Assembly (NCBI GenBank): GCA_001724025.1
Contig: MEDJ01000009.1
Location: 41,777 to 105,776 of the forward strand
Reading direction: 5' to 3'
Origin: Acidobacteria bacterium SCN 69-37
GTDB taxonomy: Bacteria; Acidobacteriota; Vicinamibacteria; Vicinamibacterales; SCN-69-37
Length of the DNA stretch: 64,000 nt
The position numbers and the translations under genes were made by a program. Positions 1-7,995 of the stretch are shown piece by piece (the first letter of the stretch is position 1; each line of letters starts with the position of its first letter). The notes beneath the pieces are model-generated. The model searched no databases and was not told the DNA's origin. It saw nothing but the letters and a program-made list of their open reading frames with translations.

Positions 1-608
1 TCGAGGCTGACCTCGATGTAGTCGTCGGCCCGTCCCTGTTGGCGCAGCATGTTGCGGACCTGCAGACAGAAGTCGCCCTTCACCTCCAAGACGAGGCCGG
101 CGGCCTTACGGGCCGGGTCGGTCGCACGCGACCCGAGCACCTGCTCGACGTACGGATACATGCAGGCCGACGTCTTGCCCGAGCCGATGGCACCGACGAT
201 CAACATGCCGGTGTAGAGGCCGCGCTCCGGGATCACGAGCCACGTCGGTGCGCTGGCGCGGCCCGGTCGCGTCGCGTGATGCTGCTCGCCGAGGACCACG
301 AACAGATCCTCGCGATCCGCCACGGGGAGATACGGCGGCAACGGCCGGCGCGTGGGGGCCTGGTCCCACCGCGCGACGAAGATGTACACGAAGGAAAGCA
401 CGATACTCGACAGCACGAAGGGCGTGCTGAACCACAGCGCCGTGTAGGTGTACGCGACGCCGGCGAAGACGACCGGCCGGTGCACGTCGATCAGTCCGAG
501 GAGCGGATGTGTGCCAGGAAAGGGATAGGCCTGCACCCCCATCGTGCCCACGATCGCACTGCAGGCCAGACTCAGCAGGACCCGATGTGCCACCAACGCG
601 CGTATCAC
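1..608 (-). CDS. Type IV coupling protein (VirD4/TraG/TraD-like ATPase), N-terminal part only; the 3' end runs off the window
   Basis: My own minus-strand translation from GTG 606-608 gives hydrophobic N-terminal helices, then LVIPERGLYTGMLIVGAIGSGKTSACMYPY (Walker A). GTGA start/stop overlap with the upstream RHH gene. Absent from the ORF track because there is no in-window stop. Confidence 0.75.
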   Translation of the reverse strand, partial: MIRALVAHRVLLSLACSAIVGTMGVQAYPFPGTHPLLGLIDVHRPVVFAGVAYTYTALWFSTPFVLSSIVLSFVYIFVARWDQAPTRRPLPPYLPVADREDLFVVLGEQHHATRPGRASAPTWLVIPERGLYTGMLIVGAIGSGKTSACMYPYVEQVLGSRATDPARKAAGLVLEVKGDFCLQVRNMLRQQGRADDYIEVSL

Positions 609-886
609 TGCCCGTCTCCACCCGGGCGCGCCGACGAATTCCTCCGTGTCGAACCGGCTGATGCGTGCGTGACCGGCGCTGCGCTCTCAGCCGTGTGCTC
701 CGCGCGCCACGCCAGGAACTCGCGGTCTTTCGCGAGCGTGCTTTCAATGAGCTGATTCGTGACGTAGTCGGCGGTATCCCCGATGAACCGCGCATAGAGC
801 GCGAGCGTGTCGCGATTCGGTTCGAGCAGGCGGCAGATATGGCGCACGGTTCGGACACGGTTGGTGCGCGCTTTGATCAATGGCAT
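605..886 (-). CDS. Small CopG/ribbon-helix-helix-like DNA-binding protein (transfer accessory protein, tentative)
   Basis: 93-aa ORF (MPLIKARTNRVRTVRHICRLLEPNRDTLALYARFIG...). Its stop overlaps the coupling-protein start by 4 nt. This position is typical of RHH accessory genes next to T4CP genes. Confidence 0.55.
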   Translation of the reverse strand: MPLIKARTNRVRTVRHICRLLEPNRDTLALYARFIGDTADYVTNQLIESTLAKDREFLAWRAEHTAESAAPVTHASAGSTRRNSSARPGGDGQ

Positions 887-993
887 GACTCCTCTCCTCT
901 CTCCCCTCGGCGATCCGGCGTCGTCCTCACCGCGTGCCGCGACTCAGGCCTGCCTCGCGTCGTCTCGGCGGCACGCCTCGGATACGCGCATGG

Positions 994-1094
994 GCGGGCC
1001 AAGGGGGAGCGACCCCACCGGGTCGCGGCCAGCGCCGCGAGGCGACTGGGCGCGCGCGGGGGCTTCCGCAGGGGGTCGCTCCCCCTTGGCCCGC
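994..1094. repeat. Perfect 23-bp inverted repeat (994-1016 / 1072-1094, 55-nt spacer) followed by T6 (1098-1103); candidate oriT hairpin or plus-strand terminator
   Basis: GCGGGCCAAGGGGGAGCGACCCC and its exact reverse complement. It lies in the only large gap (887-1238) of the transfer operon. Imperfect direct repeats GCGAATCCG...GGGCCAGCGC occur at 1155-1206. Confidence 0.4.
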
Positions 1095-1238
1095 TGGTTT
1101 TTTGGATTTCACCTGCGTGCTGCGCGTCGTGCGCGACGCCCGCCTGCCACCGCGGCGAATCCGCGCGCGCGGGGCCAGCGCTCGCCGCGAATCCGGGGCC
1201 AGCGCCGGGGCCACCGACCGGCGGACGACGCTGGCCCC

Positions 1239-2240
1239 TCATGCGACCCCCGGCAGCGATCCGAACTGGCTGTAGTCGAACGGCAGCACGGCGGTGATCA
1301 ACCGGCCGGCGCTCCCACCCGAGCCGGAGGCGCTCGTCTGCAGGGCGGCCTCCCCACGGACCAGCCAGTCGCGGTAGAGCGCGTCGACATCGGCGGATTC
1401 GAGGCGCTGCCGTTCCCCGCGAAACCGATCGAGGTCGGCGACGGAGAGCCGCGCCCATTCGCCGTGCTCCACTGCGCGTCGGGTTGTGAAGTGCCAGCGG
1501 ATGTCGTCGATGCGGCTGCCCACGGTCGAGCGCGGACGGGCGAGGAACCGTTGAAGCGTGTCGTGGCACGTCGCCAGCGCCGTCGAGGTCTTCGGCGCCA
1601 CCGCGACCACGGTCCACACCGGCAGAGATCCCAGTAGAGCTGCGTGGTCGGCGAGAAAACGCTCCAGCGTCCGACCGAGCGCGTCAGTCACCAGCGCGAC
1701 GAACTGGACCACGGGCGGCTGACCCACCGCGGCGATGGGCCACCGATGCGGGAAGTAGCGGACGCCCGTCGTGCCGCCCGTGCGCGCCGCCGGACACACC
1801 TGCTGGGGCAGCGCGCTCGGCGCCATCCCGAGGTGTTCCACGAAGAACGCCACTTTGTCCGCGTCCGTGGCGAGCCACTCGGTGCCCGGCGTGGCGAGCA
1901 CGTGGTCGAGCACCATCAGCCGGCGGGCCACTCCCGCGGCGCTGACGCGCCGACGGTGACGGCTGGAGTCGAGGCCGATGAGGCGATAGAGCCGACGCTC
2001 GTGCAGGTGGTACACGTGGCCGCGGTCGGCGCGGCGGACAGAGCGCTCCGCCAGACGGCGCGCGACCAGGTCGTCGAGAAAGGCGCGGACGTTCTTGCCG
2101 TAGCGCACGCCCGCACTGACCTCGTATTGCCGCCGTAGACAGTAGCCGCTGTGCAGGGCGACGGTCGCGAGGAATCGCGCCTGTCGCGGCGAGAAGCCGA
2201 TCGGTTCGAGCGCCCGGGCGCGGTCCGCGAGCGTCGTCAC
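1239..2240 (-). CDS. Hypothetical winged-helix protein, replication-relaxation-family-like (tentative)
   Basis: 333-aa ORF with protein-like composition and a wHTH-like N-terminus (FSPRQARFLATVALHSGYCLRRQY...FLDDLVARRLAER...YHLHERRLYRLIG). ATGA overlap with the upstream gene. Confidence 0.6.
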   Translation of the reverse strand: MTTLADRARALEPIGFSPRQARFLATVALHSGYCLRRQYEVSAGVRYGKNVRAFLDDLVARRLAERSVRRADRGHVYHLHERRLYRLIGLDSSRHRRRVSAAGVARRLMVLDHVLATPGTEWLATDADKVAFFVEHLGMAPSALPQQVCPAARTGGTTGVRYFPHRWPIAAVGQPPVVQFVALVTDALGRTLERFLADHAALLGSLPVWTVVAVAPKTSTALATCHDTLQRFLARPRSTVGSRIDDIRWHFTTRRAVEHGEWARLSVADLDRFRGERQRLESADVDALYRDWLVRGEAALQTSASGSGGSAGRLITAVLPFDYSQFGSLPGVA

Positions 2241-3118
2241 AGCCGCTCCAGATGGTGCGGGTCGAACGGCGTCCCGCCGCGTCGCCCCGACCCACCGCGC
2301 GCGCGACTCGCGCCGGCCGCCCGATAGAGCGCGAAGCCGGCGGCGCTCTTCCCCGCCATTTGACCGCGCGAATAGTGCTCGGTGACCAGCTCGACATCAC
2401 GAGACTCGAGACGCCCCTCGGCCGATTCGTACTCGATGCGCAGGTCGGGAAGTTCCAGATGACCCTCGACGATCGGCAGGCCGGAGGCCGCCGCGAACGC
2501 GCGCATATCGTCCTCGTGGGTAACGTCCGCCGGCCGGTCCGCGCGATGAAGGAACCGTTGATAGTCGCGCTTCAACTCATAGTCGAGGACGACGCGGGAG
2601 ACGCGCCCGCCGTCGGCCTCGATGCAGGCGGCCTCGGCCTGGTAGAGGCGATAGATCTGCGCGTCGTGGGCGATTTCGCGCGGCTTCACCAGGCCGGCAT
2701 GAAACTCCTGACGGCGGCCGTCCCCGTCGGTGCGATGGGCCTCGAGCACGTCTTTCCCTTCGCGCGTCAGGACGACCACGGCGACCGACGCCCGATTCAC
2801 CTCGACGGTGCGGATCTGGACGAGGCCCTGCTCCGTCAGGGCGCGGAGGTCGCCTGTCCGCGCGTCGCGAGACGTGCGGACGGTTTGCACGTCGTCGGCG
2901 CGGACCACGCGAAACGTGCCGACGGTGGCGAGCGTGCGGGCCTCGGACTCCCGGAGGTGGAACACCTGGTCGCGCCCGCGCACCGGCTGCCGCTCGTGCC
3001 CACGGGGCAGCGACAGCCGGTCCATGGGAATGCCGGATGGGCGCCCCGACGGCGCCGTCCGATCGGGCCCGGGCTCCTGGCTCTCGCTGCGCGTGTCGGT
3101 GGTGTCGAAGCGGGACAT
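2237..3118 (-). CDS. Hypothetical winged-helix protein, replication-relaxation-family-like (tentative)
   Basis: 293-aa ORF with a wHTH-like segment (LRALTEQGLVQIRTVEVNRASVAVVVLTREGKDVLE) followed by EIAHDAQIYRLYQ. Tightly coupled to both neighbouring genes. Confidence 0.6.
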   Translation of the reverse strand: MSRFDTTDTRSESQEPGPDRTAPSGRPSGIPMDRLSLPRGHERQPVRGRDQVFHLRESEARTLATVGTFRVVRADDVQTVRTSRDARTGDLRALTEQGLVQIRTVEVNRASVAVVVLTREGKDVLEAHRTDGDGRRQEFHAGLVKPREIAHDAQIYRLYQAEAACIEADGGRVSRVVLDYELKRDYQRFLHRADRPADVTHEDDMRAFAAASGLPIVEGHLELPDLRIEYESAEGRLESRDVELVTEHYSRGQMAGKSAAGFALYRAAGASRARGGSGRRGGTPFDPHHLERL

Positions 3119-3120
3119 CG

Positions 3121-3417
3121 TTATTCGTCCTTCGCGAGACGTTCAGACAGTCCGTGGGCGACCGTGTCCGGCGTGTGCAGTAGCTTTTCGACGTGCGCTA
3201 GCTTCCGGCCGGTGTCTTTGAGGAATAGTCCACGCCCGATGAGGTAGATGGCGCTGAACAGATTCAGAAACAGCACCACCAGCGATCCCACGATCACCCA
3301 GAGATACTCCGTGAGGATCAGCGACTTGAAGGGGGCGAGGAACTCCAGCTGGCCGAATACGACGAACACCACCAGCAGCAGGATCATGGCCGCGAGGAAC
3401 GCGCTGTTCGCGATCAT
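3121..3417 (-). CDS. Small two-TM membrane protein of the transfer operon (function unknown)
   Basis: 98-aa ORF with two strongly hydrophobic helices and a charged C-terminal tail. ATGA overlap with the virB8-like stop. Codons are AT-richer than the flanks. Confidence 0.6.
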   Translation of the reverse strand: MIANSAFLAAMILLLVVFVVFGQLEFLAPFKSLILTEYLWVIVGSLVVLFLNLFSAIYLIGRGLFLKDTGRKLAHVEKLLHTPDTVAHGLSERLAKDE

Positions 3418-4109
3418 CGGAAGGCCTGGTCGACGCGGAAGTAGGTGATGGTCAAGCCGAGTGGATTGACGAGCACCATGGCGTTCGGAATCTGGTCGCG
3501 CAGGACGAACGTCAGTTGGGCGACGAACGTCTCCCGTGTCTTCTCCTGCCGGTTACCGAGCCCGTAATAGACCTTCTCGAAGTCGACGCCGGCTTTGTAG
3601 GGCGGGCTCTTCAGCTCGTCGAGCGTGACGTTCTTGACGACGATTTCGACCTCGTCTTCCCCGCCCGCCAGGAACGTCTCGAGGCTCTGCGTGCGCTGGT
3701 TCTGGGCGATCGTGGCGTCCGCGATCGAGGCGTCGAGGAAGTACAGCGACTCGGCGTAGCGCTCCCGCAGGCTCGTCCGGAGCCGCGCGAAGTGCTTCGT
3801 CACGAACTGTGTCAGGAAGTACTTCAGCTCGGGCGCCTGTCCCTGCGGCACATACGTTAGCGCGTCGTACCGCAGCGCTTGCGCGCGGCCGACGTCGTCG
3901 ATCCGAATCACGAGCGGCTTCAGGTGCTCGTACTTCCGGACCGTGACGACATTGAGCGCCACGAGCCCGACCGCGATGACCGAGACGCACAGGAGGGCAA
4001 TTTTGAGATACGTGTTCATCACCAGCGCCGAGCCGAAGAGCTCGACATACTGCCGCTTCGCGTCCTCCAACGGCGGCAATTGATACGGGGGCATACCTGT
4101 TTCGCGCAT
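3414..4109 (-). CDS. VirB8/TrbF-like T4SS inner-membrane protein
   Basis: ORF-track entry 3414..4742 trimmed to ATG 4107-4109 (MRETGMPPYQ...), giving 231 aa with one N-terminal TM helix (YLKIALLCVSVIAVGLVALNVV) and a VirB8-like periplasmic domain. The upstream part of the ORF is Arg/Pro-rich junk. Confidence 0.8.
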   Translation of the reverse strand: MRETGMPPYQLPPLEDAKRQYVELFGSALVMNTYLKIALLCVSVIAVGLVALNVVTVRKYEHLKPLVIRIDDVGRAQALRYDALTYVPQGQAPELKYFLTQFVTKHFARLRTSLRERYAESLYFLDASIADATIAQNQRTQSLETFLAGGEDEVEIVVKNVTLDELKSPPYKAGVDFEKVYYGLGNRQEKTRETFVAQLTFVLRDQIPNAMVLVNPLGLTITYFRVDQAFR

Positions 4110-4122
4110 GCGAGCACCTCGG

Positions 4123-4260
4123 TCAGAAGGGAGCGACGACGTAGAACCCGCCGACGAGGGCGGCAAACAACAGCATGGCCAGCGCCATGGCGGCGTAGAA
4201 CCGGCCGGTGAAACGCAGACGGGCGCGACGCACCTCGCGTCGGGAACGCAGTAGCGGCAT
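4123..4260 (-). CDS. 45-aa single-TM peptide between the virB6-like and virB8-like genes
   Basis: My own translation gives MPLLRSRREVRRARLRFTGRFYAAMALAMLLFAALVGGFYVVAPF. AGGAGG lies 5 nt upstream of the ATG (4258-4260). It is too short for the ORF track. Confidence 0.4.
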   Translation of the reverse strand: MPLLRSRREVRRARLRFTGRFYAAMALAMLLFAALVGGFYVVAPF

Positions 4261-4279
4261 GAGACCTCCTGGGGACGAG

Positions 4280-5104
4280 TTACCAGATCCGGCCCGGCGT
4301 GGTGGCTTCGCCTGACCGTCCCGAGAAGATCGAGGCGGTCAGCGAAGGCACTAGCAGCACACCGACGGTGAATGTGACCAGTATCATCACGGCGTGGACG
4401 CCGTACAAGAGCTGTTCTTCGAAGCGCAGTCCGGGGGGGAGCGTCTGCAGATAGCGGCTGAGAAACCGCTCGAAGATGAAGATGAACGCGTTGGCCACCA
4501 CCGGCAGAAATGAGTATTGGACGAAGGCCTTCAGCCAGCCCCAGAACAACCACTCGAGCGTCGGGACGATGAAGAACGGCACGAACAGTGGGCCTAGCAA
4601 TGCGCACACGGCGCTGGCGATGAGGCCGAAGCAGATGACGAACAACAGCGCGAACTGCGCCAGTCCGATGACGATTAGCATTAGCCAATAGAGCAGGTTC
4701 GCGAGAATCGACCAGGCGTCGGGCTGCTCCAGCGCGTTCCACAGTTCATTGAGCGTCTGCTGCGCGGCCTGGACTGAGCGGGTGCCGATCAGGCTGGCGA
4801 GATACGACGTCTGGTCCGTGATCAGGTTCGAGAACGAGACGCCGAATCCTGGAATCGGCGCCTCGTAGTAGACGATCATCGCGTAGCCAAAGGCGATGAT
4901 CAGAATCAGCTTCGCGAAGCTGAACATGTCCTCGCCGGACTGCCGGCCGGCGAGCATCATGCGGATACCCTGCCACGCCACCATGATGGCGGCGAAGGCG
5001 AGAAACATCCGTTGCCCCATGGCGATAAACGCGGGCTCCTGTGTCATCAGGAGCGCCATGATGGCCTGTTGCACCGTTCCGATTGGGTCGTAGCCGCTGG
5101 GCAC
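4280..5104 (-). CDS. VirB6/TrbL-like polytopic T4SS membrane protein
   Basis: 274 aa with multiple hydrophobic helices (…LILIIAFGYAMIVYYEAPIPGFG…, …LLYWLMLIVIGLAQFALLFVICFGLIASAVCALLGPLFVPFFIVP…). Its position in the T4SS operon fits. Confidence 0.8.
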   Translation of the reverse strand: MPSGYDPIGTVQQAIMALLMTQEPAFIAMGQRMFLAFAAIMVAWQGIRMMLAGRQSGEDMFSFAKLILIIAFGYAMIVYYEAPIPGFGVSFSNLITDQTSYLASLIGTRSVQAAQQTLNELWNALEQPDAWSILANLLYWLMLIVIGLAQFALLFVICFGLIASAVCALLGPLFVPFFIVPTLEWLFWGWLKAFVQYSFLPVVANAFIFIFERFLSRYLQTLPPGLRFEEQLLYGVHAVMILVTFTVGVLLVPSLTASIFSGRSGEATTPGRIW

Positions 5105-5123
5105 GTGGGTCTCCTTCCCGCCG

Positions 5124-5912
5124 TCAGTACGGGCGCCAGCCGTCGAGGGCGGCGGCCGTGTTCCGAAACAGGTCCGCCCCGTAGTCGCGGCCGTATTGCC
5201 ACTGGTGCAACGTGGCGTTGAGGAGCGCGGCCTCGCTGTCGCGCTGCCGCCGATTGGCCACGAGCAGTTGCTCCAACGTGCTCATGAGGGACTGCTGCAT
5301 ATGGTCCTGCATGCGCAGTTGCAAGACCGCCGCCGCGTTGATCTTGTTGAGCACCGACGTCTGCGTCTGCAAGTCGTCGTTCGTCGAGGCTGCGTCGCGT
5401 TCCATGGTCGCGGCCACCAGGAGGTTCTTGGCGCCTTCCGTCCGCAGGCGCCCCATCTGATCTACGGCCAAGGCGGACGCGCTATCCGCGAGTTCAATCC
5501 CGGCGTACGCGTTCGCAACGCGGCGTTGCAGATTCGGCGGCATCCGCGCCACCGCTCCGGCCGGCACCTCAAGCGATTGGATCACTTGCCGGTAGGCACT
5601 GCCCGTCGCATCGCCGGTGTTGAGCGCGGCCAGAATCCGCTGGGCGTATTGCAGTCGGGCGTCGAGGGCGTGCACGGACCAATTGACGGAGTACCCGCGA
5701 TAGCGCGTGACCATGTCGAGCGGGAGCCGGCGCGCGTCGCGCGCCAGGATCCGCACCTGCTGGACCATCTGGATGAATTGGAGCAGCGCTTGATACCAGT
5801 TGGTGTCGTCGTAGACCAGATAGTCATAGGCCTGAGCGCGCGCCCGCACCGGGGCGGCGAGCATGACGGCCACCAGCAGCGCAGCGACGGGACGCAGTGC
5901 ACGACGGCTCAT
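5124..5912 (-). CDS. TrbJ/VirB5-like secreted helical T4SS protein
   Basis: ORF trimmed to ATG 5910-5912 (MSRRALRPVAALLVAVMLAAPVRARAQA...), giving 262 aa with a signal peptide and a Q/L/A-rich helical body. ATGA overlap with the virB10 stop, and GGAGG upstream. Confidence 0.65.
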   Translation of the reverse strand: MSRRALRPVAALLVAVMLAAPVRARAQAYDYLVYDDTNWYQALLQFIQMVQQVRILARDARRLPLDMVTRYRGYSVNWSVHALDARLQYAQRILAALNTGDATGSAYRQVIQSLEVPAGAVARMPPNLQRRVANAYAGIELADSASALAVDQMGRLRTEGAKNLLVAATMERDAASTNDDLQTQTSVLNKINAAAVLQLRMQDHMQQSLMSTLEQLLVANRRQRDSEAALLNATLHQWQYGRDYGADLFRNTAAALDGWRPY

Positions 5913-7168
5913 CGGACACCTCCTCGCGCCGCCGTCAGAACGCGCGGCAGTTCGAGATCGTTCGTGAGATAAACCTTGATGCGGACGCCCTCGCGAATCG
6001 TGATTGTGGGCAGCACGTTGAGATACCGATCGAGCACGCGGCCGGCGGAGGTCGCGAGACTCGAGCCGGCCGATTGCCGGAACTCCGTGCCGAAGTCGGC
6101 GGACCCGAAGCCGCCTCGCGTGCCGTACTGCGCGAGGCCCGACAGCGCGCCGATGGCGAGCGAGGCGCCGAAGACCTGCAGGTAGTGCCGGTTCACCTGG
6201 TCCCGCAGGCCCGCCTGCCCGATCTGATTCAGGCCGCTGAACTGATTGAGGCTGTACGTGTGCCCATCGGGCATCACCAGGCGGTGAAAGCTGACGGCCA
6301 GCCGGGAGTCCCCCCACGACTGGACCGGCGCGGCGGATCCGATCAGCCGCGCCCCGGCCGGAATGACCACGGCCTGTCGGTCCTCGGAGTACACCGGCGT
6401 CGTCACGAGGACCAGCACGGGGCCGGCGAAGGTCCCATCGAGCCGATTGATCAACGTGGTCTCGATGACGGTGCCTTCGAGTAACCGCAGACGTGGGCCC
6501 AGCGCGGGATACTGGGGCGGCGCGGAGATCGCGGCCGTCGTTTCGGCACGGGTCGCGTCCGATCCGGAGGGCGCGGCTGGTGGCGGGAGCGGCGCGGACG
6601 GGACGGGCGGTGGTGGCATCCGCGACAGCGCGCGATCGAGCAGCGCGAGCCCGTCGTCCGTGCTGTCCGCGTGGGCACTTGGCGCAGGCGATCCAGCCCT
6701 CGCCGAAGGCGCGGCAAAGGGTTGCTCGCCCGTCGGGCGCCGACTCTGGACGACGTTGTCGGCGAAGAGACTCTGCGTCGCCGCTGTCGGCGCCGCGGCG
6801 TGGGCGCCGACGCGCGTCCCGGCTGCCGCGGCGCCTGTGACGATCGCGGCGTCGTCAGCGCGTCGGGCCGCGGTGTCTCGCTGACGCGCTTCTTCCTGCG
6901 CGAGCTGCTGCTCGTAGCTCCGGATGCGATCGGCCGGCGCCACCATCGGCTCCACCTGTCGTCCGATGACGCTGGATCGCTCCGGCGGGTTCGAGTAGCC
7001 GGTGATGAGAATGATCAGGACGATGACGAGCGCGATGCCGATCATCAACCAGGTCTGGATGTGGCGCGGAAGCACGCCGCGTGGCGCTACACGCAGGTCA
7101 CGCACGTGGGGTCGGTGCGTGGCGGACCGATCAGGGGGCGGCGAATCGGGAGTCGGGGTGTCCATCAT
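5909..7168 (-). CDS. VirB10/TrbI-like T4SS protein
   Basis: 419 aa with an N-terminal TM helix, a Pro/Ala-rich linker and a conserved C-terminal region (GTVIETTLINRLDGTFAGPVLVLVTTPVYSEDRQAVVIPAGARLIG). Confidence 0.85.
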   Translation of the reverse strand: MMDTPTPDSPPPDRSATHRPHVRDLRVAPRGVLPRHIQTWLMIGIALVIVLIILITGYSNPPERSSVIGRQVEPMVAPADRIRSYEQQLAQEEARQRDTAARRADDAAIVTGAAAAGTRVGAHAAAPTAATQSLFADNVVQSRRPTGEQPFAAPSARAGSPAPSAHADSTDDGLALLDRALSRMPPPPVPSAPLPPPAAPSGSDATRAETTAAISAPPQYPALGPRLRLLEGTVIETTLINRLDGTFAGPVLVLVTTPVYSEDRQAVVIPAGARLIGSAAPVQSWGDSRLAVSFHRLVMPDGHTYSLNQFSGLNQIGQAGLRDQVNRHYLQVFGASLAIGALSGLAQYGTRGGFGSADFGTEFRQSAGSSLATSAGRVLDRYLNVLPTITIREGVRIKVYLTNDLELPRVLTAARGGVR

Positions 7169-7176
7169 CGCTCCTC

Positions 7177-7995
7177 CTACTGGACGCGTTCGAACAGGAG
7201 GTGCTTCTTCCCGATAGCCAGGTAGCCGTCGTCGAGCACCTTGGGCACGATGAAGAGGCCGTCCTGCACCTGGAAGTTCACGAGGTTCGGCATGCGGTCA
7301 CGAATCTCGTAGAGCGTGGGCAGTTCGGTCCCATGCGTGCGGATGTAGGTGAACCGGTCATCGTGAAAGATCGCGGACACGAGGAACGGACGCTCCCCCG
7401 CCTTGAAGCGGTACGGGAACTGGAGCGTGCCCGGATAGGCGGCGCGGAAGGTGTCGATACGCGTGTCCGCGTCGGCCGATGCGCGTTCCGCCGCCAGCCG
7501 GGCCGCCTCCATCGACTCGCCCGCGGCGTCACGGGCGGCCACCGCCTCTTGCGTCGCCGCCGCGACCTCCCTTCGGAGCGCCTCGACGTCGGTTTCTGTA
7601 TAGAAACGCCGCCGGCCCGACGACGCCCGTGTCGTGTCGTCTGACGTCACGAACACTTTCAGGTCGGCGTTGGCGGCGCCTTCCGTCAGCACGAACGAGT
7701 AGATCCGTCCCGACGCGGTAACGAGATTCACGTTGGTCGTCGCGCCGGCCTTGGCCGGCTTCACGTAGGCCAGATTCTGGACGGCGGAGATGACCCAGAA
7801 GTCCTTGTCCCCGCAGACGACGTCCAGAATCTCTTCCGTCTCGGGTAGGACGATCATCGTGGTGAAGCGCACCTTGGTGTGCACCTGCGGGACCGTCCGT
7901 TCGTCATAGGTCACGTCACGTGTGCCCTGCGCCCACGCCGAAGTGACAACCGAGACACAGAGGGCGAGCACGAGAAACGGGATCGATGGACGCAT
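7177..7995 (-). CDS. VirB9/TrbG-like T4SS outer-membrane core protein
   Basis: 272 aa with a signal peptide (…VVTSAWAQG) and VirB9-type motifs (VRFTTMIVLPETEEILDVVCGDKDFWVISA; NVNLVTASGRIYSFVL). It directly abuts the virB4 stop. Confidence 0.85.
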   Translation of the reverse strand: MRPSIPFLVLALCVSVVTSAWAQGTRDVTYDERTVPQVHTKVRFTTMIVLPETEEILDVVCGDKDFWVISAVQNLAYVKPAKAGATTNVNLVTASGRIYSFVLTEGAANADLKVFVTSDDTTRASSGRRRFYTETDVEALRREVAAATQEAVAARDAAGESMEAARLAAERASADADTRIDTFRAAYPGTLQFPYRFKAGERPFLVSAIFHDDRFTYIRTHGTELPTLYEIRDRMPNLVNFQVQDGLFIVPKVLDDGYLAIGKKHLLFERVQ

